From an uncultured delta proteobacterium (GTDB lineage: Bacteria; Desulfobacterota; Syntrophobacteria; BM002), in the NCBI GenBank assembly GCA_963712115.1, contig CAVQGX010000046.1, positions 89,282 to 153,281 on the forward strand: a DNA stretch of 64,000 nucleotides, given 5' to 3'. Positions within the stretch are counted from its first letter, which is position 1, and every line of letters begins with the position of its first letter. The notes below the pieces were generated by a model. The model was not told the DNA's origin. It saw only the letters and a program-made list of their open reading frames with translations, and searched no databases. Shown here one piece after another: positions 20,747 through 31,155 of the stretch. Position numbers and translations under genes: made by a program.

Positions 20747-21445
20747 ATGACTCAAGGTAACGACGACCAGTCAACTCGAGATCCATCCTTTTCTAAGCCT
20801 TTTTATGGCCAGGATCCGCATGAGATAGATTTTTTGGAGGGCATCAGCCGAAGTTCGGAACATGACCTAGAGCCGGAAGAACCAATCGGTGTTGGTGAAC
20901 GGATTAAAAAGCTGCGTGAACTCAAGAAACTTTCCCTCAAAGATGTAGCACAAAGAAGCGGCATCTCTGAACAGATGCTTGAGAGCATTGAAGCCGACGC
21001 TACCGCTCCTCCCCTGGGAACCCTAACAAAACTGGCTCGTGCCTTGGAAATGAAAATGGGCTATTTGCTCACAGCTGGCGAGCCCAAGCCGTTTGTGATC
21101 ACCCGCAAGGATGAAAGAAAGCCAGTGAGCCGACACGCAGCTGAACAGCAAAGTAAATATGGCTATTCATACCTGTCTCTGTCCCCCGGGATGCGAGACC
21201 GCAACATGGAACCGTTCCTAGTGACCCTATCGCCCACATTAGAGGAAGTTCCTGGTTCAGTTCATGAGGGCGAGGAGTTCATCTACGTACTGGAAGGTGA
21301 GATGGAGGTAATAATTGGCGAACATCGTGAGGTACTCTATCCGGGCGATACCATCTATTACCACTCATCCATACCTCACGTGGTCAAATGTCACCAAGAA
21401 AAACCAACCCGCATTTTAGCGGTTCTGTTTGCGGAAACGAAATGA
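20747..21445 (+). CDS. XRE-family HTH-cupin transcriptional regulator
   Basis: N-terminal HTH (SLKDVAQRSGIS), cupin HEGEEFIYVLEG. Confidence 0.88.
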   Translation: MTQGNDDQSTRDPSFSKPFYGQDPHEIDFLEGISRSSEHDLEPEEPIGVGERIKKLRELKKLSLKDVAQRSGISEQMLESIEADATAPPLGTLTKLARALEMKMGYLLTAGEPKPFVITRKDERKPVSRHAAEQQSKYGYSYLSLSPGMRDRNMEPFLVTLSPTLEEVPGSVHEGEEFIYVLEGEMEVIIGEHREVLYPGDTIYYHSSIPHVVKCHQEKPTRILAVLFAETK

Positions 21446-21544
21446 TCGCAAAGCGCATGCCGCTTTGCTCCAGCTAACAGCGGACAGCAGACAGCTAGCA
21501 GTTTCCTTTTATCTGCAGCCGGCTGCATGCTGCCTGCTGACTCC

Positions 21545-22570
21545 TCAGGTTACTTCCCGGATCCCCGTCGGTTCCTTGGGCACTCGGCCCGTATGCACCG
21601 TCTCGGAACGCAGTTGCCGACCAAGTATTTTCTCCATGGCCCGGCCAACTTCTAAAAGCCGATCTACATCAACCCCGGTATCGATCCCCATTTCATCCAT
21701 CATAACCACCATGTCTTCCACAGAGACCAAGCCAGTTATAGTGGGGTCCTGATAGTAATAAACACCCGTTCCTGCCACCGGGACACCATCAACGAAATTT
21801 GCCGGTTGACCTCCGGTTCCTCCCAGGGTGCCTTCAAAATGTGTAATACCAGTTTGCAGGGCGGCTAATACATTGGCCAGGCCCCAGCCTCTTGTGGTAT
21901 GAAAGTGGGCCACGTGCAGCTTAGGATCTGGTAAGGCGTCCAACACCATGCTGTAATAATCATACACCTTGTTGGGTGAGGCAGAGCCGTCATGATCCGC
22001 GTGTTCAATATCATCCGCTCCAATGTCCAACCACCTGCGGGTAAATTCAAGAGCCTTTTTGGTGTCAGTGGGTCCTTCTATGGGGCAACCCCAAATGGTA
22101 CTCACCGTTCCGCATACGGTTAGGCCGTTGTCGTGGGCTAGCTGGATATATTTCTCTGCCATCTTCCAGTAGTCTTCGAGAGAGAGACCAGAATTAACTT
22201 TGTGGTGCGATTCACTGGTGGAGACCATCATGAGAATGCGGTCCGGCCCAAAACCTTTCTGTCGAGAGGCCACAGCTCTCTCAACCGCCCTCTCCCTTAT
22301 AGTGATCGCTGTCGTTTCAACATCCTTGATGTGATCGGCAATGAGTTTACTCGTGTAGAGAAGCTCCATGAGATCATCTGCGTCAGCGAACTGCGGCATG
22401 CCTTTGGGGTTACCGAAGTTCGTCACCTCGACCCGCTTGAACCCTGCGAGAATTAGTTGCTCTGCCAGCCAGAGCTTGGCCCTGGTAGGAATAAACTTCT
22501 CTTCGTGCTGAAGCCCATCTCGCACACTGATATCGCCAATTACCACTTTAGAGGGGTATTTCAGGCTCAT
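21545..22570 (-). CDS. HMG-CoA lyase-like DRE-TIM metalloenzyme
   Basis: VRDGLQHE, HFHTTRG, GIDTGVD; GGQP in place of GGCP. Confidence 0.8.
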   Translation of the reverse strand: MSLKYPSKVVIGDISVRDGLQHEEKFIPTRAKLWLAEQLILAGFKRVEVTNFGNPKGMPQFADADDLMELLYTSKLIADHIKDVETTAITIRERAVERAVASRQKGFGPDRILMMVSTSESHHKVNSGLSLEDYWKMAEKYIQLAHDNGLTVCGTVSTIWGCPIEGPTDTKKALEFTRRWLDIGADDIEHADHDGSASPNKVYDYYSMVLDALPDPKLHVAHFHTTRGWGLANVLAALQTGITHFEGTLGGTGGQPANFVDGVPVAGTGVYYYQDPTITGLVSVEDMVVMMDEMGIDTGVDVDRLLEVGRAMEKILGRQLRSETVHTGRVPKEPTGIREVT

Positions 22571-22745
22571 TGAGTCTCCTTTCCATTGTCATCAAACCGT
22601 GAAGAAAGAATTCAACCACAAAGGTCACAAAGAACACAAAGAGGGTTCTTTAGTGAATATGATAATCACTCGATCTCTTAACTGAGGCTACTATTATTTT
22701 CTTTGTGCTCTTCGTGTCCTTCGTGGTGAACTCTCGACTGGTATG

Positions 22746-24362
22746 TCAAAAACGAAAATTGCCGAAAGTACTCTCAGGAATGGGCCTCAGAAGGCTAACT
22801 TCCAAGGCGAGAGCTAGTGCATCGCGAATTTCACTAAAGAAAAGCACGCGGTCGTTAAAAAGTCTGGCACCACAGTAAAAGGGGTGAGCTTCGAACTCAT
22901 ATTTTTTTAGCAGTTCGTCCTTGAAGGAGGCAGCCTCTGCTTCAGTCATCTCTTGGCCATCGGTTTGACGCTTTCTCTTTTCGAGGCTAAGCAGAACTTC
23001 AGCGGCAGAACGTCCCGACATTACTGAAGTTCTGGCCCGCATAGTGGAGAAAAGTAAATGAGGCCGATATGCCCGGCCACACATCCCATAGTTGGCTGCA
23101 CCATTGTCCGGGCCTATAACCAGCTGTATTCTTGGCACTCTAGCGTTGGAAACTGCTCGCACCATGTCTGCACCGTATTTGCCAATGCCGCCGTGCTCCG
23201 CCTCAGATCCAACCATATAGCCAGGTGAATTCTGCACAAATAGGAGGGGTATCTTTTCCATGCTGCAGCGGACAATGAATTCAGTTGCTTTGCGCGCCGC
23301 TTCTACAAAAATGATGCCGGAATCATTGGCGGCCACTACTCCCACGGGAATTCCTTTGATTCTGATCTTACCGGTTACAATCTTATCTCCTCGACCTGGA
23401 GCATAGTCACCCTTGTATCCCAGCAATCCCACCCCATCAGCAAAGCATTCAATAATGCCACCAACGTCGATGGCCTGGTGAACTCTAGCAGGCATCAGCT
23501 CGTAGATGCGCTCCTCGTTTACAGCCGGGGGTACCTCTTCCCAACGCCGACAATGTATCTTCTGAAGATGCTCCTGAGACAAAATCTCCCGAACTCTCTC
23601 TATCCCTTCAATTTGATCCTTGCATAGATGGTCTGCACCTCCAGATATTCTGGCATGCACCCCTGCACCCCCCAGGGCCTCGGCGTCGATCTCCTCGCCG
23701 ATTGCAGCCTTGACTAGTGGCGGACCGCCCAGGAAAGAATAGGCAAGATCTTCTATCATTACCGCTTCATCGGCCATGAAAACGATATAGGCGCCGCCCG
23801 CTGTATTACCGCCGGTGCTCAAGGTAATCTGTTTCAATCCCATAGCCGACATTCGGGCCATATTGTAAAACATGGAGCCAAAGTGACCGTCATCTGGAAA
23901 AACATCGGCCTGCATAGGCAGGAAAGCCCCACCAGAGTCTGCTATGTAGACACAATTGAGGCCACACTGCTCAGCTATGGCCTGGGCCCGCATGTGTTTT
24001 TTCAGAGTGATGGGAAAATAGGTTCCCGCCTTAACCCTGCTGTCATTGGCAAATATCATACTCCAGTTACCATGAATCTTGCCAAGACCTGTAACCAAGC
24101 CACCGCACGGCACGTCCCTTACGCCACCAGGGTAGTCCATGCCGAAACCGGCAATCACCCCTAGCTCAAAAAAATCTGTACCAGGATCGATGAGGGCCTG
24201 GACTAGTTCACGTACCGGTTTTTTTCCCTGTTTGGCCAACCGGGCGATGGCTCGCTCCCCTCCTGGGTTGACGGCCTGCTGAATGCGCTGGGCCAAATGC
24301 TCTTCTTCCTCAAGCCAATGATCTCTGTTTATTTTTCCCTGGCTATGATGGTCTTCTTGCAT
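22746..24362 (-). CDS. Acyl-CoA carboxylase carboxyltransferase (methylcrotonyl-CoA carboxylase beta-like)
   Basis: DSGGAFLP.Q, TAGGAY, GAANYGMCGRAY, FGNFRF end. Confidence 0.88.
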   Translation of the reverse strand: MQEDHHSQGKINRDHWLEEEEHLAQRIQQAVNPGGERAIARLAKQGKKPVRELVQALIDPGTDFFELGVIAGFGMDYPGGVRDVPCGGLVTGLGKIHGNWSMIFANDSRVKAGTYFPITLKKHMRAQAIAEQCGLNCVYIADSGGAFLPMQADVFPDDGHFGSMFYNMARMSAMGLKQITLSTGGNTAGGAYIVFMADEAVMIEDLAYSFLGGPPLVKAAIGEEIDAEALGGAGVHARISGGADHLCKDQIEGIERVREILSQEHLQKIHCRRWEEVPPAVNEERIYELMPARVHQAIDVGGIIECFADGVGLLGYKGDYAPGRGDKIVTGKIRIKGIPVGVVAANDSGIIFVEAARKATEFIVRCSMEKIPLLFVQNSPGYMVGSEAEHGGIGKYGADMVRAVSNARVPRIQLVIGPDNGAANYGMCGRAYRPHLLFSTMRARTSVMSGRSAAEVLLSLEKRKRQTDGQEMTEAEAASFKDELLKKYEFEAHPFYCGARLFNDRVLFFSEIRDALALALEVSLLRPIPESTFGNFRF

Positions 24363-24464
24363 CTTGTTGCATCCTTTACTAACTGTCCTCTGTCCTCCGC
24401 CCTCTGACCCTCGTCTCGCCCGTCTCGCCGCAGACGCTATGCGCTAAGCGCCATGCGGCTGACT

Positions 24465-25247
24465 CTACCGTCCTTTATAAACAGGAAGCCTCTTTTGTTG
24501 GAATGCCTTAAGGCCTTCTATTCGATCTTCCGTTGGAATGCATGTTTCATAGGCACTGGCTTCAATTGCCAATCCTGTGTGAAGCTCCACATCTTGCCCC
24601 TTGTTGATAGCAAACTTAGCCTGTGCCACAGCAATGGGGCCGGCTTTGGCAATCTCGCCGGCCAGCTCCAGGCAAACTGCCATGAGCTTGTCCCTTGCCG
24701 CGATCCGGTTCACCAGCCCCTTGGCCAATGCCTCCTGAGCCGTAAGTTGCCTCCCTGTGTAAATGAGTTCTTTGGCCAGGGGAATTCCTATGAGCCGCGG
24801 TAGACGCTGAGTGCCTCCGGCTCCAGGTATGATGGCGAAGCGCGTTTCCGTAAGCCCCAGAGTGGCATCATCCACGGCTACCCTCAAATCGCAAGCCAGT
24901 GCAAGCTCTGTGCCGCCACCTAGGGCAAATCCATTGATGGCGGCAATTACCGGCAGTGGTAACTCCTCGATCTTGATTAACAACCTGCGAATGGCAGAGA
25001 GGAAGCTGCGCACTTCGGTTTCAGACATGGATAGCCGTTCTTTGAGGTCCGCGCCCGCGCAAAAAGCCTTGTCGCCACCTCCGGTGATTAGCAGCACTCG
25101 CAGATCTTCCTGCAACCGCGCTTCATCTATAGCTAGTTCCAACTCCTGTAGAAGTTTGGAATCCAAGGCATTTCGCACCTCGGGTCGATTGAGAGTGAGA
25201 ATCAGCAAAGGCGGCCGATGCTCTATGAGAAGTACTTGATCAGACAT
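24465..25247 (-). CDS. Enoyl-CoA hydratase (methylglutaconyl-CoA hydratase-like)
   Basis: FCAGADLKER, GGGTELAL, PGAGGTQRLPR. Confidence 0.88.
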   Translation of the reverse strand: MSDQVLLIEHRPPLLILTLNRPEVRNALDSKLLQELELAIDEARLQEDLRVLLITGGGDKAFCAGADLKERLSMSETEVRSFLSAIRRLLIKIEELPLPVIAAINGFALGGGTELALACDLRVAVDDATLGLTETRFAIIPGAGGTQRLPRLIGIPLAKELIYTGRQLTAQEALAKGLVNRIAARDKLMAVCLELAGEIAKAGPIAVAQAKFAINKGQDVELHTGLAIEASAYETCIPTEDRIEGLKAFQQKRLPVYKGR

Positions 25248-25470
25248 AGAATTGCTCTCCTTTGAACTGCCGTGAAGTCATAGCTCATTGAAAACTAAAT
25301 TATGGCCGCAACATCTGGCAAAATAAAGCAATGTCTGTGGATTAATGTATACCCTAACTCCCTTTACAATCAAGATTTTTTCAACATTAATGAAATAATG
25401 ACGGCCTTGATTCCAAACAACAAGTACAGTCACAAAGTACAACATTGTTGATCCCCTAAAAACTCACTAA

Positions 25471-25600
25471 TGATACGGCACAGTAAAAAGCGCCAGATGC
25501 AAGGCGCGCGAATCTTTGGGAATGAGGCGTACTACAGGTACGCCGCAATGACTAAAGATGAAGCGCAACACAGCAGATGGACTTTTTACGAAGCCGTCAA
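25471..25600. mobile_element. MITE-like palindromic element, family B
   Basis: Imperfect TIRs (acggcacagtaaaaag / ctttttacgaagccgtc) and central GAGGCGTAC-N5-GTACGCCGCA. Confidence 0.65.
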
Positions 25601-25705
25601 CATTTATTAGCTAAAACCTGCAGAGAAGACATACTGAAATCATAGCTTTTGCGTTGAAAATCCTTAGCTCCGTATTATTTTTTCGGTACGTACCGGCTCC
25701 ACATT

Positions 25706-25876
25706 ATGGCGCTTCAACTTTTCAATCGCCACCAAGCGGTGGTGATGAGCATAATGACCCTGCCCCGAGAAGAAAGCAAAGACTGGTTGGTGGTTATTAG
25801 GCTCAAGGTAAAAGATGGAACCGCTGTTGTCGACGACCTGAGAAAGGCCGGTTTACAAGTGAGTTATGCGGGTTAG
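25706..25876 (+). pseudogene. Short ORF resembling the C-terminal part of an ACT domain
   Basis: VMSIMT...VVIRLKVKDGTAVVDDLRKAGLQV; no evident RBS or N-terminal strand. Confidence 0.35.
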
Positions 25877-26020
25877 CCTTGGCCTAGATATTTTCTATTC
25901 CAATTTTTCCGGAAATATTCTATGCTGTGGCACGTGAAAGTTATTTTTATCTCTTACTTTCTCTTCAGCTCTTTTTTTCGACGCGAATACTCGCCGCTAA
26001 GATCGGAGTGATAGCAGGTC

Positions 26021-26548
26021 ATGGCGCAGGTTATGTGGAAAGACATTGTATGGACGGGTGAGGACAGAGAACTAGGTATCAAGGAGCTTCTAACTATCCT
26101 CAAAGGCTACGGCCCCATGGAGGTGCTCCAATTTGAAAAGCCCAACCATTACAAGGGCAAGATTAGCTTGTGGTTGGACGAAAAAGGGATCAAGCACATA
26201 ACTCTATATCATCTGGAAGTCCTGGGCGAAAGGCGCAAGGGCGCGGGTAGGAAAGCTCTGCAACACCTACACAAAATATTTGGTGGCTCCGTCCACGTGG
26301 AAGATCCAGGCGAAACGGTATCTTCGGAGGAGAAGGCGGGCGGCATACATGTGCGCCAGCCAAACCAAGAAAGCGCCCTGTTTTGGATCAAGATGTTTAA
26401 AGAGAATCTCGTTCAGACGGTGGAAGGCGATCTCATGAACCTAGATGATAATACCTCCCCCCGTGATCTGGATAAGCTGAGATACAAGTTTTCAACCGAA
26501 CTCGAGGATGCTCCGCAAGCTACCTCTTTAGAGTACAATTCATCCTGA
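26021..26548 (+). CDS. Hypothetical protein with GNAT motif-A-like segment
   Basis: LYHLEVLGERRKGAGRKAL ... FW.KM. Confidence 0.6.
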   Translation: MAQVMWKDIVWTGEDRELGIKELLTILKGYGPMEVLQFEKPNHYKGKISLWLDEKGIKHITLYHLEVLGERRKGAGRKALQHLHKIFGGSVHVEDPGETVSSEEKAGGIHVRQPNQESALFWIKMFKENLVQTVEGDLMNLDDNTSPRDLDKLRYKFSTELEDAPQATSLEYNSS

Positions 26549-26764
26549 CGGCTGATATGTCATAAGCCTTTCGCGCTGCTCCCTCCTCTGCGCCTTTGTG
26601 GGTGGTAGGTAATAGCGAAAGCCACCGCACTCAAATACCCTTATGGTTCCATCAACTGCTAGGCCGCAGCTCTGCTCAGGCTGCCCTCCAATAATTGAGT
26701 TAGTCTGATGCTTGCAGTTGTAGCACTCCTTGTAACGGCAGCGGCTATCTCTAGGGGCGCTCAT
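26540..26764 (-). CDS. Small Cys-rich hypothetical protein
   Basis: Strong AAAGGAGG RBS; five Cys including CYNCKH. Confidence 0.55.
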   Translation of the reverse strand: MSAPRDSRCRYKECYNCKHQTNSIIGGQPEQSCGLAVDGTIRVFECGGFRYYLPPTKAQRREQRERLMTYQPSG

Positions 26765-27080
26765 AGGGGTCCTCCTTTCCCATCAAGGGTTTCATAATGT
26801 AATCGGACCGGGTATTTGCGCGCAGCAATGCAGCTTTCTGGGAGGAACGGCGTGGAGAGATGATCATCCAATAATAAGCTTTGGCCATCTCTAAGGAATT
26901 AATGGTAGGTTTGGGGCACGATCAAAATGCCTGCGCTTCAATTTTAATTTTATAGGTTCATTTCCCAAATGGCAAAGTCTTTTTTTGAGGTTTTTGTCTT
27001 TAAAAGAGACTTAGCTGCTTGTCACCAACTTATCTGGAGAGTAAGGTTATGTCTGTTTTTCGCTAAGCGCATAGCGTTAA

Positions 27081-27242
27081 TAAGTGTCCATCCGGAAACA
27101 CAATAATCTCCTCCCCCTTGACGGGGGAGGATTGAGGTGGGGGTGATGAAATAATAAGTATTTTGACCTTGTATTGTTTCCCCCTCCCCTTTATCCCCTC
27201 CCGCCAGGGGAGGGGAAATGGAGCTCTCCGGATGGGCTCTAA
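27081..27242. mobile_element. MITE/REP-like element, family C
   Basis: TIRs TAAGTGTCCATCCGGA / TCCGGATGGGCTCTAA enclosing C-rich/G-rich palindromes (CTCCCCC..GGGGAG, CCCCTCCC..GGGGAGGGG). Confidence 0.65.
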
Positions 27243-27316
27243 TGAGTGTTCATCTGGAGTTTGAGAATGTCATTGCTGACAGACCAATGCTGAGAGATGA
27301 ACGCTGGAATATAAGT

Positions 27317-28738
27317 ATGGTTGAGTTAAAAAAAGGAACTGAAATCGAACTGGTGGTGGAAAACCTTTCCTTCGGCGGCAAAGGTTTGGCTCGAGTTGAT
27401 GGCTTCGTCGTCTTTATCGATCGCACCATCCCCGGTCAGCGAGTCCTGGTTCGAATTACTCGCAAGAAACCTTCTTATGCTGAGGCCAGGGTACTAGAGG
27501 TATTAGAAGATTCACCTCAGGCCATTACTCCACGGTGCAGCCACTTTGGAACTTGCGGCGGTTGTCTGTGGCAAAACCTTCCTTACGAAGAACAACTCAA
27601 GGTTAAAAGAAATCTCGTCTGGGAGTGTCTGGACCACATTGGTGGGCTTTCCCATGATGTGGTCCTGCCAACCCTCCCCTCTCCACAAATCTTCTACTAT
27701 CGCAATAAGATGGAATTCTCCTTTGCGCCCCGCCGCTGGTTATTGCCAGAGGAAATAGATCTCGACCAGTTGGCAAAACCTCGCAATTTCGCTCTCGGCC
27801 TGCATGTTAAGGGGTTCTATAACCGGGTGTTGGATATTGAGGAATGCCACCTGCAAAGTCCCTTAAGTGTAGCCATTCTTAAACGGGTGCGGCAGTTTGC
27901 CTTAACCTCAGGGCTTCCACCTTACAATACCCTCGACCACACGGGTTTTTGGCGTTTTCTGGTAGTGCGAGACAGCAAGCACACCGGACAAATACTGGTA
28001 GAGCTTATCACCGCATCTAACCGCAGCGGCTCCACAGAGATAGAACAGCTTTCCTCGGTGCTCCTGGCCGAGATCCCTGAAATAACTACCTTAGTGCATA
28101 GTGTTAGCGCTAAGAAAGCACAAATAGCTAGTGCAGATACCCGTAAAGTAATCTTGGGCCCGGGTTATATTGAAGAGAGGCTCGGTGACTTCCAGTTTCG
28201 CATTTCCTCAGGAGCCTTTTTCCAGACCAATAGCCAAGCAAGCAAGATCCTTCTGGATCAGGTATTAGCAGGCTGCGCTCTCACCGGTTCTGAAGTTGTT
28301 TGGGATCTCTACTGTGGTACCGGGACTATGGCCATTGGGGTGGCAAATGGAGCCCGAAATGTTATCGGCTTTGAACTAATTGAGGAAGCCTTGGCTGATG
28401 CCAGGACCAATGCCAGATTAAATGGCGTTGATAACTGCGGTTTCGTTCTTGGTGATTTGAAGGGTTTATTTGCCGACCTATCTTCTCTCATTGAGCGGTA
28501 CGGTAGTCCAGACGTAGTAGTGACTGATCCACCCAGAGCAGGCATGCACCCTTCTGTGGTAAAACAGCTTGCGGCCCTGGCCCCGCCAAAAATTGTCTCT
28601 GTTTCTTGTAACCCTGCCACTTTAGCCCGGGATTTAAAAATGCTCATGGAGAAATATCGCCTCATCCGGGTGCAGCCCGTGGATATGTTTCCCCACACCC
28701 CCCATATCGAAGCGGTGGCTGTTTTAGAGAAGAGGTAG
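27317..28738 (+). CDS. rlmD: 23S rRNA m5U1939 methyltransferase
   Basis: TRAM domain, CSHFGTCGGC Fe-S motif, DLYCGTG, DPPRAG, SCNPATLARD, DMFPHT. Confidence 0.92.
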   Translation: MVELKKGTEIELVVENLSFGGKGLARVDGFVVFIDRTIPGQRVLVRITRKKPSYAEARVLEVLEDSPQAITPRCSHFGTCGGCLWQNLPYEEQLKVKRNLVWECLDHIGGLSHDVVLPTLPSPQIFYYRNKMEFSFAPRRWLLPEEIDLDQLAKPRNFALGLHVKGFYNRVLDIEECHLQSPLSVAILKRVRQFALTSGLPPYNTLDHTGFWRFLVVRDSKHTGQILVELITASNRSGSTEIEQLSSVLLAEIPEITTLVHSVSAKKAQIASADTRKVILGPGYIEERLGDFQFRISSGAFFQTNSQASKILLDQVLAGCALTGSEVVWDLYCGTGTMAIGVANGARNVIGFELIEEALADARTNARLNGVDNCGFVLGDLKGLFADLSSLIERYGSPDVVVTDPPRAGMHPSVVKQLAALAPPKIVSVSCNPATLARDLKMLMEKYRLIRVQPVDMFPHTPHIEAVAVLEKR

Positions 28739-28890
28739 ATTGGCCTTTTGTATTGGGAAGACCTGTTAACTAGGAACACTAAGCACTAGGCACTGAGGAG
28801 AAAAATACTTGATTAATATTAGCAAGTTGGAGTTATCTTGTTTGATCAGACAATCATATGCTATGCGCTAGGCGCTTTGCGCTTAGCGGC

Positions 28891-30795
28891 CTATGCATCT
28901 ATTTCGTGGACGAATACAGCGTTTTCCTGGATGAAGGCATAGCGCCGGGCAGGTTCGCGACCGAAAAGAGTCTCAAAGGCTTCGTTTGTCCGTGCACCAT
29001 CTTCCACAGTCACCTGGAGAGCCCTTCTGGTTTTGGGGTCCATGGTGGTTGTTTTGAGCTCCGCCGCATTCATCTCTCCGAGGCCTTTAAATCTTTGGAT
29101 GGAGACCTCTTTGGCAGTATAATTCACCAGCAGCTTCTCTTTGTCCTCCTCACTGTATACGTAATGAAAACGCTTTTTTTTATTTTCCTTGGTCTGAATT
29201 CTATAGAGAGGCGGCTGGGCCAAGTAAATATGCCCCTTTTCGATCAGTTCTCGCATATAGCGATAGAAAAAAGTAAGGAGAAGGGTGGATATGTGAAAGC
29301 CATCAACGTCCGCATCGCAATTAATGAAAATCTTGCCATAACGCAACCGACTGTAGTCGAAATAATCCCCTACCCCTGTGCCAATACACCTGCTGAGTGC
29401 TTGGATTTCTTTGTTTTTCCTAATTTTGTCTGCACTGGCCTGTTCCACATTTAAAATTTTACCTCGCAAGGGAAGCACCGCCTGAAAGCGGCGGTCACGA
29501 GCCTGCTTGCTCGAACCGCCGGCGGAATCGCCCTCCACAATGAACAACTCGGTTTCATCCACCCGGTTTGAGGTACAGTCGGCCAGTTTGCCCGGCATAG
29601 TAAGGCGACCGGTTGCGCTCTTGCGCCGCACACTCTGACGAGCCTGGCGCGAAGCCTCCCTGGCCTGGGTTGCCAGTACTATCCTGTCAACTATGGCCTC
29701 GGCAGCGGTACGATTGTGGAAAAGATAGTTTTCGAAACCGTCCTTGACCACCGTCTCCACTTGAGGTTGTATGTCTGAGTTGAGTCGCTCCTTAGTCTGT
29801 CCTTGAAATTCCAGGTCCCCAGAGACAAAAATACTTAGCACTGCCACCAACCCTTCTCGGACATCTTCCCCGGTGATCCCCTTTATCTTCTTTAGCTGAT
29901 TGTTTTGCCGTGACATGTATTCACGGACTGCCCGGGTAAGTCCATGACGGAAACCATTCTCATGGGAGCCGCCACCGCTGGTGTAAACAGAGTTGGCATA
30001 GGAGTAAAGAGCCCTGTCAGTGGTGGTTGTCCACCACAGGACCGTTTCCAACCGCAGATCGTTGTCGTAGTCAAAATAAAAGGGTGCCTCGGTGATAACC
30101 TCCTTATCCTTTACTAAATCCTCAATATAATCTCTAATACCCCGGTCGAAGTAAAATTTATCCACCGTACCGTTGATCTGGTCATTCACGACAATAGTCA
30201 AACCTCGGGTAAGAAAGGCTTTGGCCTTGGCCTGTTCCTTGATTATTTTGGGACTGAAAACAACATCTTTGAAGATGTCAGGATCCGGTCGAAACACCAC
30301 TGTTGTTCCACGTTTTGTGGTGGGGCCAAGGTCCTGCAGCTTACTCTTCCGCTTACCCCGGGCGAAATTCTGCTGCCACTCCACCCCGTCCCGTCTGGAG
30401 TAAACCTCCATAAATTCGCTCAGAGCATTTACCACCGAAATACCCACTCCGTGGAGCCCTCCGGAGATCTTATAGCTCTTGGTTGAAAACTTCCCCCCGG
30501 AGTGCAGAGAGGTCATGATGGTCTCTAAAGTGTTCTTTCGTGACTGGGGGTGCTTGTCTACCGGGATACCCCGGCCGTTGTCGGTGACCTCTATGCTGTT
30601 GTCTGCACCGATGGTGATATTAATTCGGTCACAATGGCCATTAAGTGCTTCATCCACTGCATTGTCCAGGGCCTCTGTGAACAGATGGTGCAGACCGGTA
30701 GTCGAGGTATTGCCGATGAACATTCCCGGTCGCAGCCGCACGGGTGCCAGCCCTTTAAGTACCTGAATGTCCCTTCCGGTGTAAGTGCTCTCCAT
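28891..30795 (-). CDS. parE: Type IIA topoisomerase subunit B (ParE-like)
   Basis: GHKL EALDNAVDE, GGLHGVG; TOPRIM EGDSAGG, PLRGK, DADVDG; 634 aa, no proteobacterial GyrB insertion. Confidence 0.8.
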   Translation of the reverse strand: MESTYTGRDIQVLKGLAPVRLRPGMFIGNTSTTGLHHLFTEALDNAVDEALNGHCDRINITIGADNSIEVTDNGRGIPVDKHPQSRKNTLETIMTSLHSGGKFSTKSYKISGGLHGVGISVVNALSEFMEVYSRRDGVEWQQNFARGKRKSKLQDLGPTTKRGTTVVFRPDPDIFKDVVFSPKIIKEQAKAKAFLTRGLTIVVNDQINGTVDKFYFDRGIRDYIEDLVKDKEVITEAPFYFDYDNDLRLETVLWWTTTTDRALYSYANSVYTSGGGSHENGFRHGLTRAVREYMSRQNNQLKKIKGITGEDVREGLVAVLSIFVSGDLEFQGQTKERLNSDIQPQVETVVKDGFENYLFHNRTAAEAIVDRIVLATQAREASRQARQSVRRKSATGRLTMPGKLADCTSNRVDETELFIVEGDSAGGSSKQARDRRFQAVLPLRGKILNVEQASADKIRKNKEIQALSRCIGTGVGDYFDYSRLRYGKIFINCDADVDGFHISTLLLTFFYRYMRELIEKGHIYLAQPPLYRIQTKENKKKRFHYVYSEEDKEKLLVNYTAKEVSIQRFKGLGEMNAAELKTTTMDPKTRRALQVTVEDGARTNEAFETLFGREPARRYAFIQENAVFVHEIDA

Positions 30796-31155
30796 TATCT
30801 CCTCCGGCTATGGGAGAACTTTCCCTAGCCGTAATTTACTCAGACTAAATTTAAGTTTAAACTTTGATTTACAAATGTCAAATAAATTCCACATATTTTG
30901 TTTACAAAATCAGCAAATTACGCTTCTTCAACATTCTTATCTCACTCTCCGCCTCACCGATTCTGCGTGTCTCTCACTCAATTACATCAACCGCATTCAT
31001 TTGGCCGACACAGAAGCCGCCCCTACAGTCATTATTTGTGACCGCTCTCATTCTCCTCTGGCTCGTCTCGCCATTCTCGCAGTTTCCCTTGTGCCTTGCG
31101 CCCTGCGCCTTGTGCCCCTAACTATGCCTCAGATCTACCTGCTGTCTGCTGCCTG

